Assembly (NCBI GenBank): GCA_947365915.1
Contig: CANAXT010000002.1
Coordinates: 2,031 to 66,030, forward strand
From: an uncultured Mycoplasmatota bacterium
Lineage (GTDB): Bacteria; Bacillota_I; Bacilli_A; RF39; UBA660
Length of the DNA: 64,000 nt
Direction: 5' to 3'
Part shown: positions 23,081-33,539 of the stretch, one piece after another
Position numbering within the stretch: position 1 is the first letter of the stretch
Layout: every line of letters starts with the position of its first letter
Position numbers and translations under genes: made by a program
Notes under the pieces: generated by a model
Told to the model about the DNA's origin: nothing
What the model saw: only the letters and a program-made list of their open reading frames with translations
Database searches by the model: none

Positions 23081-23701
23081 GTGAAAAAAATAACAATCAT
23101 ATTTCTATCTTTGTTGGCCATCAGCCTAAGTGGTTGTAACAAACAAAAAGAACCAATAACAGACGCTTTAAAATTTAAACAAGAATATAAAATAGAAATT
23201 CCAGAAGACAACGCCATCGTATATTCTAACCCAAAAGAAATCTTATCCGTTCTAAAAAAAACAGGAATCATCTATTTCGGATACCCAGAATGTCCATGGT
23301 GTAAATCAGCTGTTCCAACACTATTAAATACCGCCAATATGGTAGGAATCGACAAAATCTATTACTATAACGCCAAAGAAATCAGAGATGAAAGACACTT
23401 AGAAGAAGGAAAAATCATCACAGATAAAGAAGGAACAAAAGAATATTACGAATTAATAAACGCTTTAAAAGACGTTTTACCTTCCTACAAAGAACTAGGT
23501 GACGAATCCATCAAACGTATCTACTTTCCAACCGTCATTTTCGTAAAAGACGGAAAAATATTAGGAATACATACTGGAACAGTAGACTCGCAAAAAGACC
23601 CAAACACAAAACTAAACAAAAAACAAGAACAAGGGCTCTCATCCATTTATAGTGATTACATGCACAAAGTATTAGGCGATGTATGCGATGAGAGTTGTTA
23701 G
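23081..23701 (+). CDS. thioredoxin-fold lipoprotein
   Basis: Lipobox LSGC after the signal peptide and a CPWC redox motif. Confidence 0.55.
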   Translation: MKKITIIFLSLLAISLSGCNKQKEPITDALKFKQEYKIEIPEDNAIVYSNPKEILSVLKKTGIIYFGYPECPWCKSAVPTLLNTANMVGIDKIYYYNAKEIRDERHLEEGKIITDKEGTKEYYELINALKDVLPSYKELGDESIKRIYFPTVIFVKDGKILGIHTGTVDSQKDPNTKLNKKQEQGLSSIYSDYMHKVLGDVCDESC

Positions 23702-23709
23702 GAGTAAAC

Positions 23710-24537
23710 ATGGAAGAATATAAAGAAATAGAAAAAAGCATCATCAAAAAATACCGAAAAAAAATATGGGGAAGATTTGTACGAGCTGTAACTGACTATC
23801 AAATGATTGAAGAAAACGATCGAATCGCCGTCTGTATCTCTGGAGGAAAAGACTCCTTTTTACTTGCCAAATGCATGCAAGAACTAAAACGACATGGCAA
23901 AATAAACTTTGATTTAGAGTTTATTGTAATGGATCCTGGATATAATAAAAATAATAGAGCACTCATAATAGAAAATGCCAAAAAAATGAACATTCCTATT
24001 ACCATATTTGAAAGCAACATCTTTGAATCAGTAAGCTCTTTAACAGAAGGAAATCCATGTTATCTATGCGCTAGAATGAGAAGAGGATTCTTATATAGTA
24101 AAGCAAAAGAACTAAATTGCAACAAAATTGCCCTTGGACATCACTTTGATGATGTAATCGAAACAGTCCTACTTTCTATGTTTTATAGCGGAGAAATCAA
24201 AACCATGATGCCCAAACTCCATAGTACCAACTTTGAAGAAATGGAACTAATTAGACCTCTTTATTACGTCAAAGAACAAGATATCATCGCATTTAAAAAT
24301 ACCAACAACCTAAAATTCCTAAACTGTGCCTGTCGTTTCACAGAACACACAGAAAAAGAAGACCCAAACATGTCCAAACGACTAGAAATGAAAAACCTCA
24401 TCAAAGAAATGAGAAAAAAAAGTGATTACGTAGACATCAACATTTTTAAAAGTATCGAAAATGTAAACCTAGATGCCATTATCGCTTATCGAAAAGATGG
24501 AAAAAAACATTCTTTTCTAGATGAATATAAGAAGTAA
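23710..24537 (+). CDS. TtcA-family tRNA 2-thiocytidine synthetase (PP-loop ATPase)
   Basis: PP-loop CISGGKDS motif and a CxxC motif (CYLCARMRRGF). Confidence 0.7.
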   Translation: MEEYKEIEKSIIKKYRKKIWGRFVRAVTDYQMIEENDRIAVCISGGKDSFLLAKCMQELKRHGKINFDLEFIVMDPGYNKNNRALIIENAKKMNIPITIFESNIFESVSSLTEGNPCYLCARMRRGFLYSKAKELNCNKIALGHHFDDVIETVLLSMFYSGEIKTMMPKLHSTNFEEMELIRPLYYVKEQDIIAFKNTNNLKFLNCACRFTEHTEKEDPNMSKRLEMKNLIKEMRKKSDYVDINIFKSIENVNLDAIIAYRKDGKKHSFLDEYKK

Positions 24538-24550
24538 GTATGGTGATTAT

Positions 24551-25960
24551 ATGAACAGAAGTGAAAAATGGTTATTGATAATATCCATTTTATTATTGAT
24601 AATCGATTTTGGGATAATTATCCTTTCAAATCTAACTCCCAAAATCATTCTAAACAAAGGAGATATGAAAATTGCATTAAATGAAATATATAAAGAACCG
24701 GGATACCATGCCTTTAAAGGATACTTTGACATCACAGACCAAATTAAAATAACAAACAAAGTCAACAACAAAAAAACTGGAACTTATACCATTACTTATT
24801 CTATAAAAGAAAAGAAAAAAGAATACAAAATAATACGCCATATCACCGTTGAAGACCGAATCGAACCAAATATTGAACTAAAAGGTCAAAACCCAGCTAT
24901 TGTTTGTCCAAACAAAGAATATGAAGAAGAAGGATTTTTAAGTATTGATAACTATGATGGTGACATTACCAAACAAGTACTGATCACAAAAGAAAAAGAT
25001 TTCATTTTATATTCCGTATCAGATAAAGCCGGAAACAAAAAAGAAATCAAAAGAAAAATAGAATACCAAGACACAGTAGCACCAACTATCACACTAACAG
25101 GAGGAAATGCATACTCCCTTTATCAAGGAGGAACCTACAAAGAACCAGGATATCAAGCAACAGATAACTGTAATGGAGACATCACAAATCAAGTAAAAAT
25201 AATTGGAAATGTAAACACAAACAAAGTAGGAAGCTATCAACTCACTTATGAAGTAACCGATGAAGCAGGCAACAGCGTTTCCACATCAAGATCCATTATA
25301 GTCATGCCAAAACCAAAACCGAAACCAACCAACGGAAAGGTAATTTATCTTACATTCGATGATGGACCAAGCGCCAACATCACACCAGCATTATTAGACA
25401 TATTAAAAGAAGAAAACGTAAAAGCCACATTCTTCGTTTTAAACCATGGATCGAACTTAGATTATCTCATTCAAAGAGAACACAACGAAGGACACACAGT
25501 AGCTTTGCATGGATCAAGCCATAACTATCGCTATATTTACTCATCATCTGAAGCCTTTTGGACAGATTTATCCATAATAGAACAAAAAGTAAAATCTCTA
25601 ACTGGAGTAAAACCAACCATCATCCGTTTCCCTGGAGGAGGATCCAACACAGTAAGTCGCTTCACCCCTGGAATCATGTCTACCTTAGCGAGAGAAGCCA
25701 AAGAAAAAGGATATCATTACTTTGATTGGAATATCGGAAGTGGAGACTCAGGAGAAGCAAGAACCGCAGAACAAGTATACCAAAATGTCATAAATGGACT
25801 CGGAAACAAAAACAATGTCATTTTAATGCACGACTTCAGTGGCAACTACAAAACACTAAACGCAATTAAAAACATCATTCATTATGGAAAACAAAACGGA
25901 TACACATTCGAAAGAATTACAAATGCAACACCAGAAATTCATCATAGAGTAGCAAACTAA
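24551..25960 (+). CDS. membrane-anchored polysaccharide deacetylase (NodB domain) with DUF5011-type Ig-like repeats
   Basis: N-terminal TM segment, two Ig-like repeats (TGTYTITYSI..., VGSYQLTYEVTDEAGNSVS) and a NodB domain (TFDDGP ... H..H). Confidence 0.75.
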   Translation: MNRSEKWLLIISILLLIIDFGIIILSNLTPKIILNKGDMKIALNEIYKEPGYHAFKGYFDITDQIKITNKVNNKKTGTYTITYSIKEKKKEYKIIRHITVEDRIEPNIELKGQNPAIVCPNKEYEEEGFLSIDNYDGDITKQVLITKEKDFILYSVSDKAGNKKEIKRKIEYQDTVAPTITLTGGNAYSLYQGGTYKEPGYQATDNCNGDITNQVKIIGNVNTNKVGSYQLTYEVTDEAGNSVSTSRSIIVMPKPKPKPTNGKVIYLTFDDGPSANITPALLDILKEENVKATFFVLNHGSNLDYLIQREHNEGHTVALHGSSHNYRYIYSSSEAFWTDLSIIEQKVKSLTGVKPTIIRFPGGGSNTVSRFTPGIMSTLAREAKEKGYHYFDWNIGSGDSGEARTAEQVYQNVINGLGNKNNVILMHDFSGNYKTLNAIKNIIHYGKQNGYTFERITNATPEIHHRVAN

Positions 25961-27237
25961 AAATCATCCTTCGTATAAACTTTTCTAGAAACAACATTGG
26001 TATTTTTCAACTTAAAACGATCATTCAAATAATCATAATAGGCACCAGGAGTAATAATACCATTTACGACTAAAATTTGCTTTCCAATAGAACTTAATAC
26101 AAACTGTGCCACCATCGCACAATTCGTTTTTAAAACAAAAAACTTTTTATACTTTCCCTTTAAAATCTTATAAAACCGTCCAGAAGCAAACGCATATATT
26201 TCACTAGACATATCATGGTATTCATCCTTAGGAAGTAAACCCAACTCTGACAACTGCAAATCAGGATAATAAGGCTCAGTATCTGTATGAATTAAACACT
26301 CTAACTGCTTCTTAATAACCAATCGTTCCTTAGAAGTTAAACAAAGACCAAACTCAATCACATATCGGTCTTTTTTTGTTACCACATAACGAATATAATC
26401 CTCCTGATTGGCAACCAACACAACACCATCACCAATCATATCAAAAAAACTACGAGAATGCATATCATAATTTCCATAAGAATACACTTGACCCTCAAAC
26501 GCAATTTCCATATGTCCCATTTTCGCACTACCATGATCCGCCAAATGTATTAACACAAACAAATCTGGAACAAAAGACAAACTTTTCTCATCAAAATGTT
26601 TAGTATCTTGTTCAACCTCTAACATTTCATTAACAAGTGTAACCAATTTCTTTGGAATAAAAGCATTTAAAAAAACAGGAAGAGGAATTTGAATTTGTTG
26701 TTTAATTTTATCCGTAGTTCGCTTAGGAATCAACACCGTCAAAAAATCAGTCAAACGAGTAATACCTAACACAATCAAATAAATCCCTAATATCATAGAA
26801 ATCACAGGAATATTTTGTTCCAAATTAAACAATAGAGGAATCAAAAAAAACAACTGAAACAGAATATGAACAATAATACGAAGTCGACCCTTATAATAAT
26901 TTCTCCGATATAAAAAATACTCAATACAACTAATCACAATGTGTAACAACAAATAAAAACCAAAACAAATCGCAAAAGAATGCAAAATAAAATCAGTAAA
27001 ACATAAAATAAAACTTCCAATCAATAAATCTCCAATTCCATCAACAAATAAGACCCTTTTTTTTTGAAACAAACAACAAAACAACGAATAACAAGCAGAC
27101 AAAACAGTTAAAATCCCTAACAAAAAAAGCAAAAAACGTAACGTAAATTGATTCACAAAAAACAAACAAATTCCCAAACCAATCAACAAAATTCCACGAA
27201 TTAACAAAGTTGTTGCATCCACACTTTTTTGAACCAT
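25957..27237 (-). CDS. multi-TM membrane protein with a C-terminal soluble domain, function unknown
   Basis: The long ORF was trimmed to an internal Met because the 5' extension overlaps the divergent gene. Confidence 0.35.
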   Translation of the reverse strand: MVQKSVDATTLLIRGILLIGLGICLFFVNQFTLRFLLFLLGILTVLSACYSLFCCLFQKKRVLFVDGIGDLLIGSFILCFTDFILHSFAICFGFYLLLHIVISCIEYFLYRRNYYKGRLRIIVHILFQLFFLIPLLFNLEQNIPVISMILGIYLIVLGITRLTDFLTVLIPKRTTDKIKQQIQIPLPVFLNAFIPKKLVTLVNEMLEVEQDTKHFDEKSLSFVPDLFVLIHLADHGSAKMGHMEIAFEGQVYSYGNYDMHSRSFFDMIGDGVVLVANQEDYIRYVVTKKDRYVIEFGLCLTSKERLVIKKQLECLIHTDTEPYYPDLQLSELGLLPKDEYHDMSSEIYAFASGRFYKILKGKYKKFFVLKTNCAMVAQFVLSSIGKQILVVNGIITPGAYYDYLNDRFKLKNTNVVSRKVYTKDDF

Positions 27238-27341
27238 CAAAATCAACTCACTTCTTTTTTCATCATACAGGAAAAAGAAAAAATAGTCAAAAAACATTGT
27301 GTCAAACATTTGTTTGTTATATAATAAAAATGGTGATCCTT

Positions 27342-28214
27342 ATGAAATACAAATTGATAACGTGCAAAAGCGCCCTCAATAAAATCAGCAGTTTTCTTCC
27401 ATATCATTGGGACCTAAACATTTATCGTGGCTGTCAACATCAATGCGTTTATTGCTTTGCCAGATACTCTCATCAATATCTAAACGACACGGACTTCTTT
27501 CATAACATCTACATCAAAGAAAACATCGTAGAAGAACTAGAAAAAAAATTAAAAAGTAAAAACTGGAAGAGGGAAGTGATCAACCTCGGTGGCATCACAG
27601 ACAGCTATCAACCAATCGAAAAAGAACAAAAAATCATGCCGAAAATATTAAAGTTATTAATTCAATATAAAACCCCAGCCATTATCAGCACCAAATCCAC
27701 ACTGATCTTAAGAGACATAGAACTACTAAAAGAACTACATCAAGTAGCAGGAATTCAAATTGCCTTTACCATAACCACACTTGACGAAGAACTCGCCAAA
27801 AAAATAGAACCAGGAGCAGATAGTGTAAAAATGAGAATCAAAGCCATCAAAACATTAAAACAAGCAGGACTCACCGTTGGATGGCATCTAATGCCAATCA
27901 TTCCATACATTACAGGAACAAAAAACAATCTAACAAAAATATTCCAAATTGGAGAGCAATGCCAAATTGACTACATGATCACAAGCATCCTAAACTTACG
28001 AGGAAACACCAGAAAATATTTCTTTGAATTTATGAAAAACACATACCCAAACTACCACCAACCCTTATATAACCTATACCATAATAAAACCAAATATAAA
28101 GAATATAAAACCCAATTATATAAACTCCTAGATGACCTCTCATTAAAATACCACATTAACAGAAACTACCAAAAATATGTTCCCAAACAAAAAGAACAAC
28201 TTTCCTTATTCTAA
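27342..28214 (+). CDS. radical SAM protein, DNA photolyase/SplB-like (COG1533 type)
   Basis: CQHQCVYC (CxxxCxxC) cluster near the N-terminus. RBS GGTGA. The track ORF start at 27210 was rejected as an overlapping extension. Confidence 0.6.
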   Translation: MKYKLITCKSALNKISSFLPYHWDLNIYRGCQHQCVYCFARYSHQYLNDTDFFHNIYIKENIVEELEKKLKSKNWKREVINLGGITDSYQPIEKEQKIMPKILKLLIQYKTPAIISTKSTLILRDIELLKELHQVAGIQIAFTITTLDEELAKKIEPGADSVKMRIKAIKTLKQAGLTVGWHLMPIIPYITGTKNNLTKIFQIGEQCQIDYMITSILNLRGNTRKYFFEFMKNTYPNYHQPLYNLYHNKTKYKEYKTQLYKLLDDLSLKYHINRNYQKYVPKQKEQLSLF

Positions 28215-28259
28215 ATAAAACAGAAATGTGCTATAATGTGATACATAGGAGGAAAAATT

Positions 28260-28952
28260 ATGATCAAAACAAAAAAACAAGGAATTTTAATCGTCATTTC
28301 CGCTCCATCAGGAGCAGGAAAAGGATCAGTAATAGAAGAAATGTGTAAACACAATCCCAACTTATGGGTTTCCGTTTCCGCTACCAGTAGACCAATGAGA
28401 AGTAATGATAAAGAAGGAAAAACATACTATTTTTTAAGTCAAGAAGAATTCAAACAAAAAATAGAAGAAAACTATTTCCTAGAATATGCTGAATACGCAG
28501 GAAACTACTATGGAACACCTAGAAAATACATACAAGAGCACTTAGATCAAGGACAAGATGTTATCCTAGAAATTGAAATCACAGGAGCAATGAACGTCAA
28601 AAAAATCATACCAGAAGCATTATGCATCTTCATTATGCCACCATCATTACAAGAACTAAAAAAACGCCTAGAAAATCGGGGAACAGACACCAAAGAAAAA
28701 ATTCTAGAACGATTCAAAATTGCTTACAAAGAAATTAATGAAGTAACAAAATACAACTATGTAGTAATCAACGACCAAATAGAGACAGCAGCAGATAAAG
28801 TATTATCCATCATCAAAGCCGAAAAATGTAGAGTAGACCGAATTGAAGAAGTCGCACTAAAAAACGAAGAAGAATACATGCACGAAATGTTAATTGACAA
28901 CAAAACATTTCCAAACAAACCATTAAACGTAAATAATACTTCTAATTCATAA
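28260..28952 (+). CDS. gmk: guanylate kinase
   Basis: P-loop SAPSGAGKGS plus a GMP-binding region. A TGTGcTATAAT extended -10 lies upstream. Confidence 0.9.
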   Translation: MIKTKKQGILIVISAPSGAGKGSVIEEMCKHNPNLWVSVSATSRPMRSNDKEGKTYYFLSQEEFKQKIEENYFLEYAEYAGNYYGTPRKYIQEHLDQGQDVILEIEITGAMNVKKIIPEALCIFIMPPSLQELKKRLENRGTDTKEKILERFKIAYKEINEVTKYNYVVINDQIETAADKVLSIIKAEKCRVDRIEEVALKNEEEYMHEMLIDNKTFPNKPLNVNNTSNS

Positions 28953-28990
28953 AAAAAACTGATATAATTAATAAGATCGGAGGCGTTTAC

Positions 28991-29803
28991 ATGGGAATAT
29001 TAGAAGTAGTCATATTAGGAATTATACAAGGAATCGCAGAATTTTTACCAATTTCCTCTTCAGCCCATCTAATTATTTTTAGAGACATATTTGGAATAGG
29101 AAATGGAATCAGTGATAATGTTGCCCTTTGCTTAGATATCGCTCTACACCTAGGAACCTTACTCGCAATCGGAATTTATTTCTTTAAAGATTTTATCACA
29201 ATGATTGGAGCAGGACTAACCAAAGGAATCAAAGACAAAGAAGGAAAAATGTTATGGTTTTTAGTAATCGCAACAATACCTGCAGCTATCGTTGGCGTTC
29301 TATTTGAAGATGTCATTCAAAATGCCATTAGAACCAACTATATATTAATTGCTTGCGCTCTTGCATTTATGGGAATCATCATCTATTTAGCAGACAAAAA
29401 ATCAAAACAAACCAACAACTTAGAAAAAATGACTTGGAAACAAGCACTCATCATCGGTTGCTCACAAGTATTTGCTTTAATTCCAGGATTCTCTAGAAGT
29501 GGAACAACCATTGCAACAGCTAGAACCCTAAAAATCAATCGTGAAGATGCAGCCAAATTTTCCTTCTTCCTTTCCGCACCAGTTGTCCTAGGAGCAGTAA
29601 TACTACATCTATTAAAATCAGAAACTTGGACCATTATAGGAGCTAATCTAATGATATTTATAGTAGGAATACTAGTCGCATTCATTGCCGGATTACTATG
29701 TATTGAATTTTTACTAAAATACTTACGAAAACATGACTTTAAACTCTTCATGTGGTATCGAATTATACTAGCTTTGATTGTAATATGTATAGTAATCTTT
29801 TAA
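28991..29803 (+). CDS. uppP: undecaprenyl-diphosphatase
   Basis: 8 TM with SSSAHL and PGFSRSG motifs. Confidence 0.9.
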   Translation: MGILEVVILGIIQGIAEFLPISSSAHLIIFRDIFGIGNGISDNVALCLDIALHLGTLLAIGIYFFKDFITMIGAGLTKGIKDKEGKMLWFLVIATIPAAIVGVLFEDVIQNAIRTNYILIACALAFMGIIIYLADKKSKQTNNLEKMTWKQALIIGCSQVFALIPGFSRSGTTIATARTLKINREDAAKFSFFLSAPVVLGAVILHLLKSETWTIIGANLMIFIVGILVAFIAGLLCIEFLLKYLRKHDFKLFMWYRIILALIVICIVIF

Positions 29804-29804
29804 G

Positions 29805-29832
29805 AGAAAATAAAAATTTCTCTTTTTTTTTC
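29805..29832 (+). terminator. rho-independent terminator
   Basis: GAGAAA-ataaaaa-TTTCTC followed by a T9 run. Confidence 0.6.
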
Positions 29833-29871
29833 TCAAATGTGATATAATTCTATTATAGTAAAGGAGTCAAT

Positions 29872-31296
29872 ATGAAACAGAAAAAAACATGTAATAAAGC
29901 TTTTACCTTAACAGAACTATTAGCTGTCATTGTAATTCTTGCCTTTATTGCTTTAATTACCGTACCAATCATACTAAACATCATAGAGAAAACAAAAAAA
30001 AGTGCATTTAAAAACAGTACTTATGGAATCATGAAAAGCGCAGAAAACTTTTATACAGAACAAATCCTAGATAATGAAGAAATCACAGGACAAAACTTTT
30101 CATTTGAACCAACAACCAATAATCCCTTATCCTATAGCGGAGAAAAACCAAAAGGAGGCTTTATATCCATTCGAAAAAATGGGAAAATTGCCTTGGCTTT
30201 TCACAACGAAAAATGGTGTGCTTTAAAAAACATCAATGACACAAAAATACAAATTATCAAATATGAAACAGGAAATTGCATCTTAGAAGAAGCAAAAATC
30301 GCAGTAAAATCAAATACTCCAGTCAACATTATATCAAACACCAATCGTGAAGTATTAGAATACTTTAACGTTCCAAATGCACCAGTAAAATGCATAAACA
30401 AAACAGACGGAAAAACAATCACAAACACAAATTCATTAGCACTTGGAACGCATATCATCCAATGTTCAGTACTAGAAGAAGGAGAAATCACATCACAAGC
30501 AGAAAAAACAGTCACAGTAGAAGCAGAAATAAAAATAGAAGATGTCATCGAAAAAAACGATGTAGGAGAAAACGGAACCGTCGCTGATGATGAAGGTGGA
30601 AACAAACGTCTCACTGGTTTAGACCCAAACAATTACGTAAAATTCAACAATGAACTATGGAGAGTTGTAGGTATATTTAATGGACAACTAAAAATCATTC
30701 GTTCCGAAAACATAGGGGCAATGGCTTGGGATACCAAGGGATCCAACAACTGGGCAACAAGTTCTCTCCAACAATATTTAAACCAAACTTATTTAAACAC
30801 AATTGATGAAACAAGCAAATCCTATATCGATACCAATTACACATGGCACCTAGGAGGCGCTACAACAGCCCAAATCACAAGAGTGAAAATGTATGAATTA
30901 GAACGAAGTGAAAACGCTTATAGTGGTCACCCAAACACATGGCAAGGCGCAATCGCCTTAATGTATCCATCTGACTATGCTTATGCAACCGATAGCACGC
31001 AAGACACTTGTGACAGCACACTAATATGGAACTGGGAAGCAAACTGCAAAGTCAATAACTGGTTATTAGATAGTACCAAAGATCAATGGACTCTAACCCC
31101 TGACAATGCCGATCCTCTCTATGCTTATACAATCAAAACAAGCGGAGCAATAAGATTAGACACAAATGGAAATGATGTAAAACTAGAATACCTTGTCCGT
31201 CCAACCTTATACTTAAAACCAAATGTAAGAATCACCAATGCCGACCTAGACCAAGCTGGAACCAAAGAAAAACCATTCTTACTATCTACAACATAA
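29872..31296 (+). CDS. modular prepilin-type protein (paralogue of the giant pilin N-terminal domain) with a distinct C-terminal domain
   Basis: Class III-like signal NKA|FTLTELLAVIVILAFIALITVPII, with Ala rather than Gly at -1. The N-terminal 130 aa are about 50 percent identical to 5239-8343. It shares an SLAxGTHxIxC motif with the giant pilin. RBS AAGGAG. Confidence 0.65.
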   Translation: MKQKKTCNKAFTLTELLAVIVILAFIALITVPIILNIIEKTKKSAFKNSTYGIMKSAENFYTEQILDNEEITGQNFSFEPTTNNPLSYSGEKPKGGFISIRKNGKIALAFHNEKWCALKNINDTKIQIIKYETGNCILEEAKIAVKSNTPVNIISNTNREVLEYFNVPNAPVKCINKTDGKTITNTNSLALGTHIIQCSVLEEGEITSQAEKTVTVEAEIKIEDVIEKNDVGENGTVADDEGGNKRLTGLDPNNYVKFNNELWRVVGIFNGQLKIIRSENIGAMAWDTKGSNNWATSSLQQYLNQTYLNTIDETSKSYIDTNYTWHLGGATTAQITRVKMYELERSENAYSGHPNTWQGAIALMYPSDYAYATDSTQDTCDSTLIWNWEANCKVNNWLLDSTKDQWTLTPDNADPLYAYTIKTSGAIRLDTNGNDVKLEYLVRPTLYLKPNVRITNADLDQAGTKEKPFLLSTT

Positions 31297-31320
31297 AAAG
31301 AAGGAAACTTCTTTTTTTTT
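31297..31320 (+). terminator. rho-independent terminator
   Basis: AAGAAG-gaaa-CTTCTT followed by a T9 run. Confidence 0.55.
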
Positions 31321-31381
31321 AGTCATTTTCGCTAACTATAAAACTCCAGACTTCATATAACATACTGAAAGGAGGAATATT

Positions 31382-32410
31382 ATGGCAAAAGGAATCGATG
31401 TATCCAGCTATCAAGGAAACATCAACTGGGAAAAAGCAAAACAAAACATTGACTTTGCGATTATTCGATGTGGATATGGAAATAACCGCACTACACAAGA
31501 TGACAGCAAATTTGAACGTAACACAGAAAAGTGCGAACAACAAAACATTCCTTATGGAGTATACCTATATAGCTATGCAACCAACATAGAAGAAGCCCAA
31601 AGTGAAGTTGAACATACACTAAGACTCATCCAAAACAAAAAACTAGAATATCCAGTTTTTCTAGATGTCGAAAGCGATGTTCAAGCCTCACTTCCAAACG
31701 AAACATTAGTAAACATTGTAGAATATTACTGTACAAAAATGGAAGAAGCTGGATATTATGTAGGAATCTATGCCAACCTAGATTGGTTTGTAAATCGTCT
31801 TGATTCTCCAAAACTAGACAAATTCGATCATTGGTTAGCTCAGTGGAACAACAAACCAACTTACCAAAAACCATTTGGAATGTGGCAATACACATCAAAA
31901 CTAACCATACCAGGAATAGAAGGATTTGTAGATGGCGATATTGCTTATAAAGACTACCCAACGATCATCAAAGAACGCAACTTAAATCACTTAGATAAAC
32001 CTACACCTTTAAAATTTAAAATAGGAGACTCAGTACAATTCACAGGAACACTATATCAAGACAGTTATGGAAACGGTCCAGGACAAAGCAGAAAAAACTT
32101 CAATGCCACCATCACACAAATCAATAACAAACCAGGAGCAACCAAACCATATAACTTAAATAATGGATTAGGATGGGTTAGTGAAAATGACTTAACAAAA
32201 ATAAACAACAACGAACTAACCGTAGGAGACCGTATTCAAATATTACTTCCAGGTAGAGCAAGCAAAGATGGAAGTGGGAAAATCGCATGGGGCATAGGAT
32301 ACAAAAGAACCATATTATCCATTGACCCAAACGCATCATTTCCTTACCAAATTGGTAAGGATACAGGAACCACTGGATTTTATAAACGCAACGCCTTAAA
32401 GAAATTATAA
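31382..32410 (+). CDS. GH25 muramidase (lysozyme) with a C-terminal putative cell-wall binding domain
   Basis: N-terminal GIDVSSYQG.INW...DFAIIR..YG is the GH25 signature. RBS GGAGGA. Confidence 0.8.
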   Translation: MAKGIDVSSYQGNINWEKAKQNIDFAIIRCGYGNNRTTQDDSKFERNTEKCEQQNIPYGVYLYSYATNIEEAQSEVEHTLRLIQNKKLEYPVFLDVESDVQASLPNETLVNIVEYYCTKMEEAGYYVGIYANLDWFVNRLDSPKLDKFDHWLAQWNNKPTYQKPFGMWQYTSKLTIPGIEGFVDGDIAYKDYPTIIKERNLNHLDKPTPLKFKIGDSVQFTGTLYQDSYGNGPGQSRKNFNATITQINNKPGATKPYNLNNGLGWVSENDLTKINNNELTVGDRIQILLPGRASKDGSGKIAWGIGYKRTILSIDPNASFPYQIGKDTGTTGFYKRNALKKL

Positions 32411-32472
32411 AAATAATTTCTTTTTTTCTTCCAAAAATGTGATATAATATGAACAGATGGAAGGGGATAAAT

Positions 32473-33477
32473 ATGAACGAATTCAAAAAAATAATTCGCA
32501 AGAAAGGAATTTCAAAAACAATTACATACGCAATTCTAATTCTAATAATGTTATTGCCTCTGATTATTTTACATAAACCAATCATTGGCTCATTCCAAGG
32601 AACTTGTGTCGCAACCAACTATAAAGAACTACAAAAATGTCAGAAAGCAGGACGACCTACCAAAATAAAAACAACAAACATATACGATGTCGCCTATAAC
32701 TATGTAGTAGATAACAAAGTAGTAGGAAAATTTCTAGATGTCGACCTAGAAGGACATGTCATTCTAACACTTGCAGACATCACAACCGCCGATGAACTAC
32801 TAAACCAAACAGGAGAAAGAGAAATTTCTGGACATTTCACAAAGTTTCACTCTAAAGTCTTCAAAGACGCACGAAATAAAATAGAAAATGATTACATAGA
32901 ACGCTTTACAGTAACATCAGGAACAATCACAAAAGAACAAACAAAAGGAATGTTTTTCCCATATTTGTTAAATCAATACGATGGAGAAGGATTCCCATAT
33001 ATTATTCCAGTCATTATCATTGGAATTATCATCATATTACTACTATTTAAACTAATAGAAGGAATCAAAATGATCATAAAACCAGAACGACTAATCCTAT
33101 ACAAAAGAAAAATGATGAAAAACGACGAAAACATAGAAAAAGCAAGCTTTGAACTTCAAAATGGACCATACCTATTTCAAAACAAAAATATAAAAATTAC
33201 AAACAACTATATCTTTGACATGAAAGGATTCCGATTTACCTATCACAAAGTAAACGAAGTATTCTGGGCCTACGAACAAAAAATAAAACACTATGGATTA
33301 GTCGAAACAGGAACCCAACTAATCATTAAATTTAAAGACAAAACTACTTACGTTCTAGCTTTGAACTTAACAGAAAGAAAAAAAGTAATGGAAATATTAA
33401 GAGTGAAAAATCCTAAACTAATCAAAGGATATAGTCAAGAAGCAGAAGAACAATTTAAAAAAATAACAAACAAATAA
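32473..33477 (+). CDS. hypothetical two-TM membrane protein
   Basis: ORF with an RBS. Preceded by an AAATGTGATATAAT extended -10. Confidence 0.35.
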   Translation: MNEFKKIIRKKGISKTITYAILILIMLLPLIILHKPIIGSFQGTCVATNYKELQKCQKAGRPTKIKTTNIYDVAYNYVVDNKVVGKFLDVDLEGHVILTLADITTADELLNQTGEREISGHFTKFHSKVFKDARNKIENDYIERFTVTSGTITKEQTKGMFFPYLLNQYDGEGFPYIIPVIIIGIIIILLLFKLIEGIKMIIKPERLILYKRKMMKNDENIEKASFELQNGPYLFQNKNIKITNNYIFDMKGFRFTYHKVNEVFWAYEQKIKHYGLVETGTQLIIKFKDKTTYVLALNLTERKKVMEILRVKNPKLIKGYSQEAEEQFKKITNK

Positions 33478-33500
33478 AACCATAAAAATGGTTTTTTTTC
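33478..33500 (+). terminator. rho-independent terminator
   Basis: AACCAT-aaaa-ATGGTT followed by a T8 run. Confidence 0.55.
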
Positions 33501-33539
33501 ACCAAAAATACATATTTTTCTGTATAATAAAAATAAGAG

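Noticed and set aside
27210-27341. 5' extension of the radical SAM ORF overlapping the divergent membrane-protein gene
   Set aside because: The extension has no RBS, overlaps the other gene, and begins well upstream of the conserved CxxxCxxC region. The internal start at 27342 with RBS GGTGA was preferred.
30390-30587. Arg-rich 65 aa ORF (MHKQNRRKNNHKHK...) within the 474 aa pilin gene
   Set aside because: Alternative-frame artefact of an A-rich coding region. No RBS or promoter.
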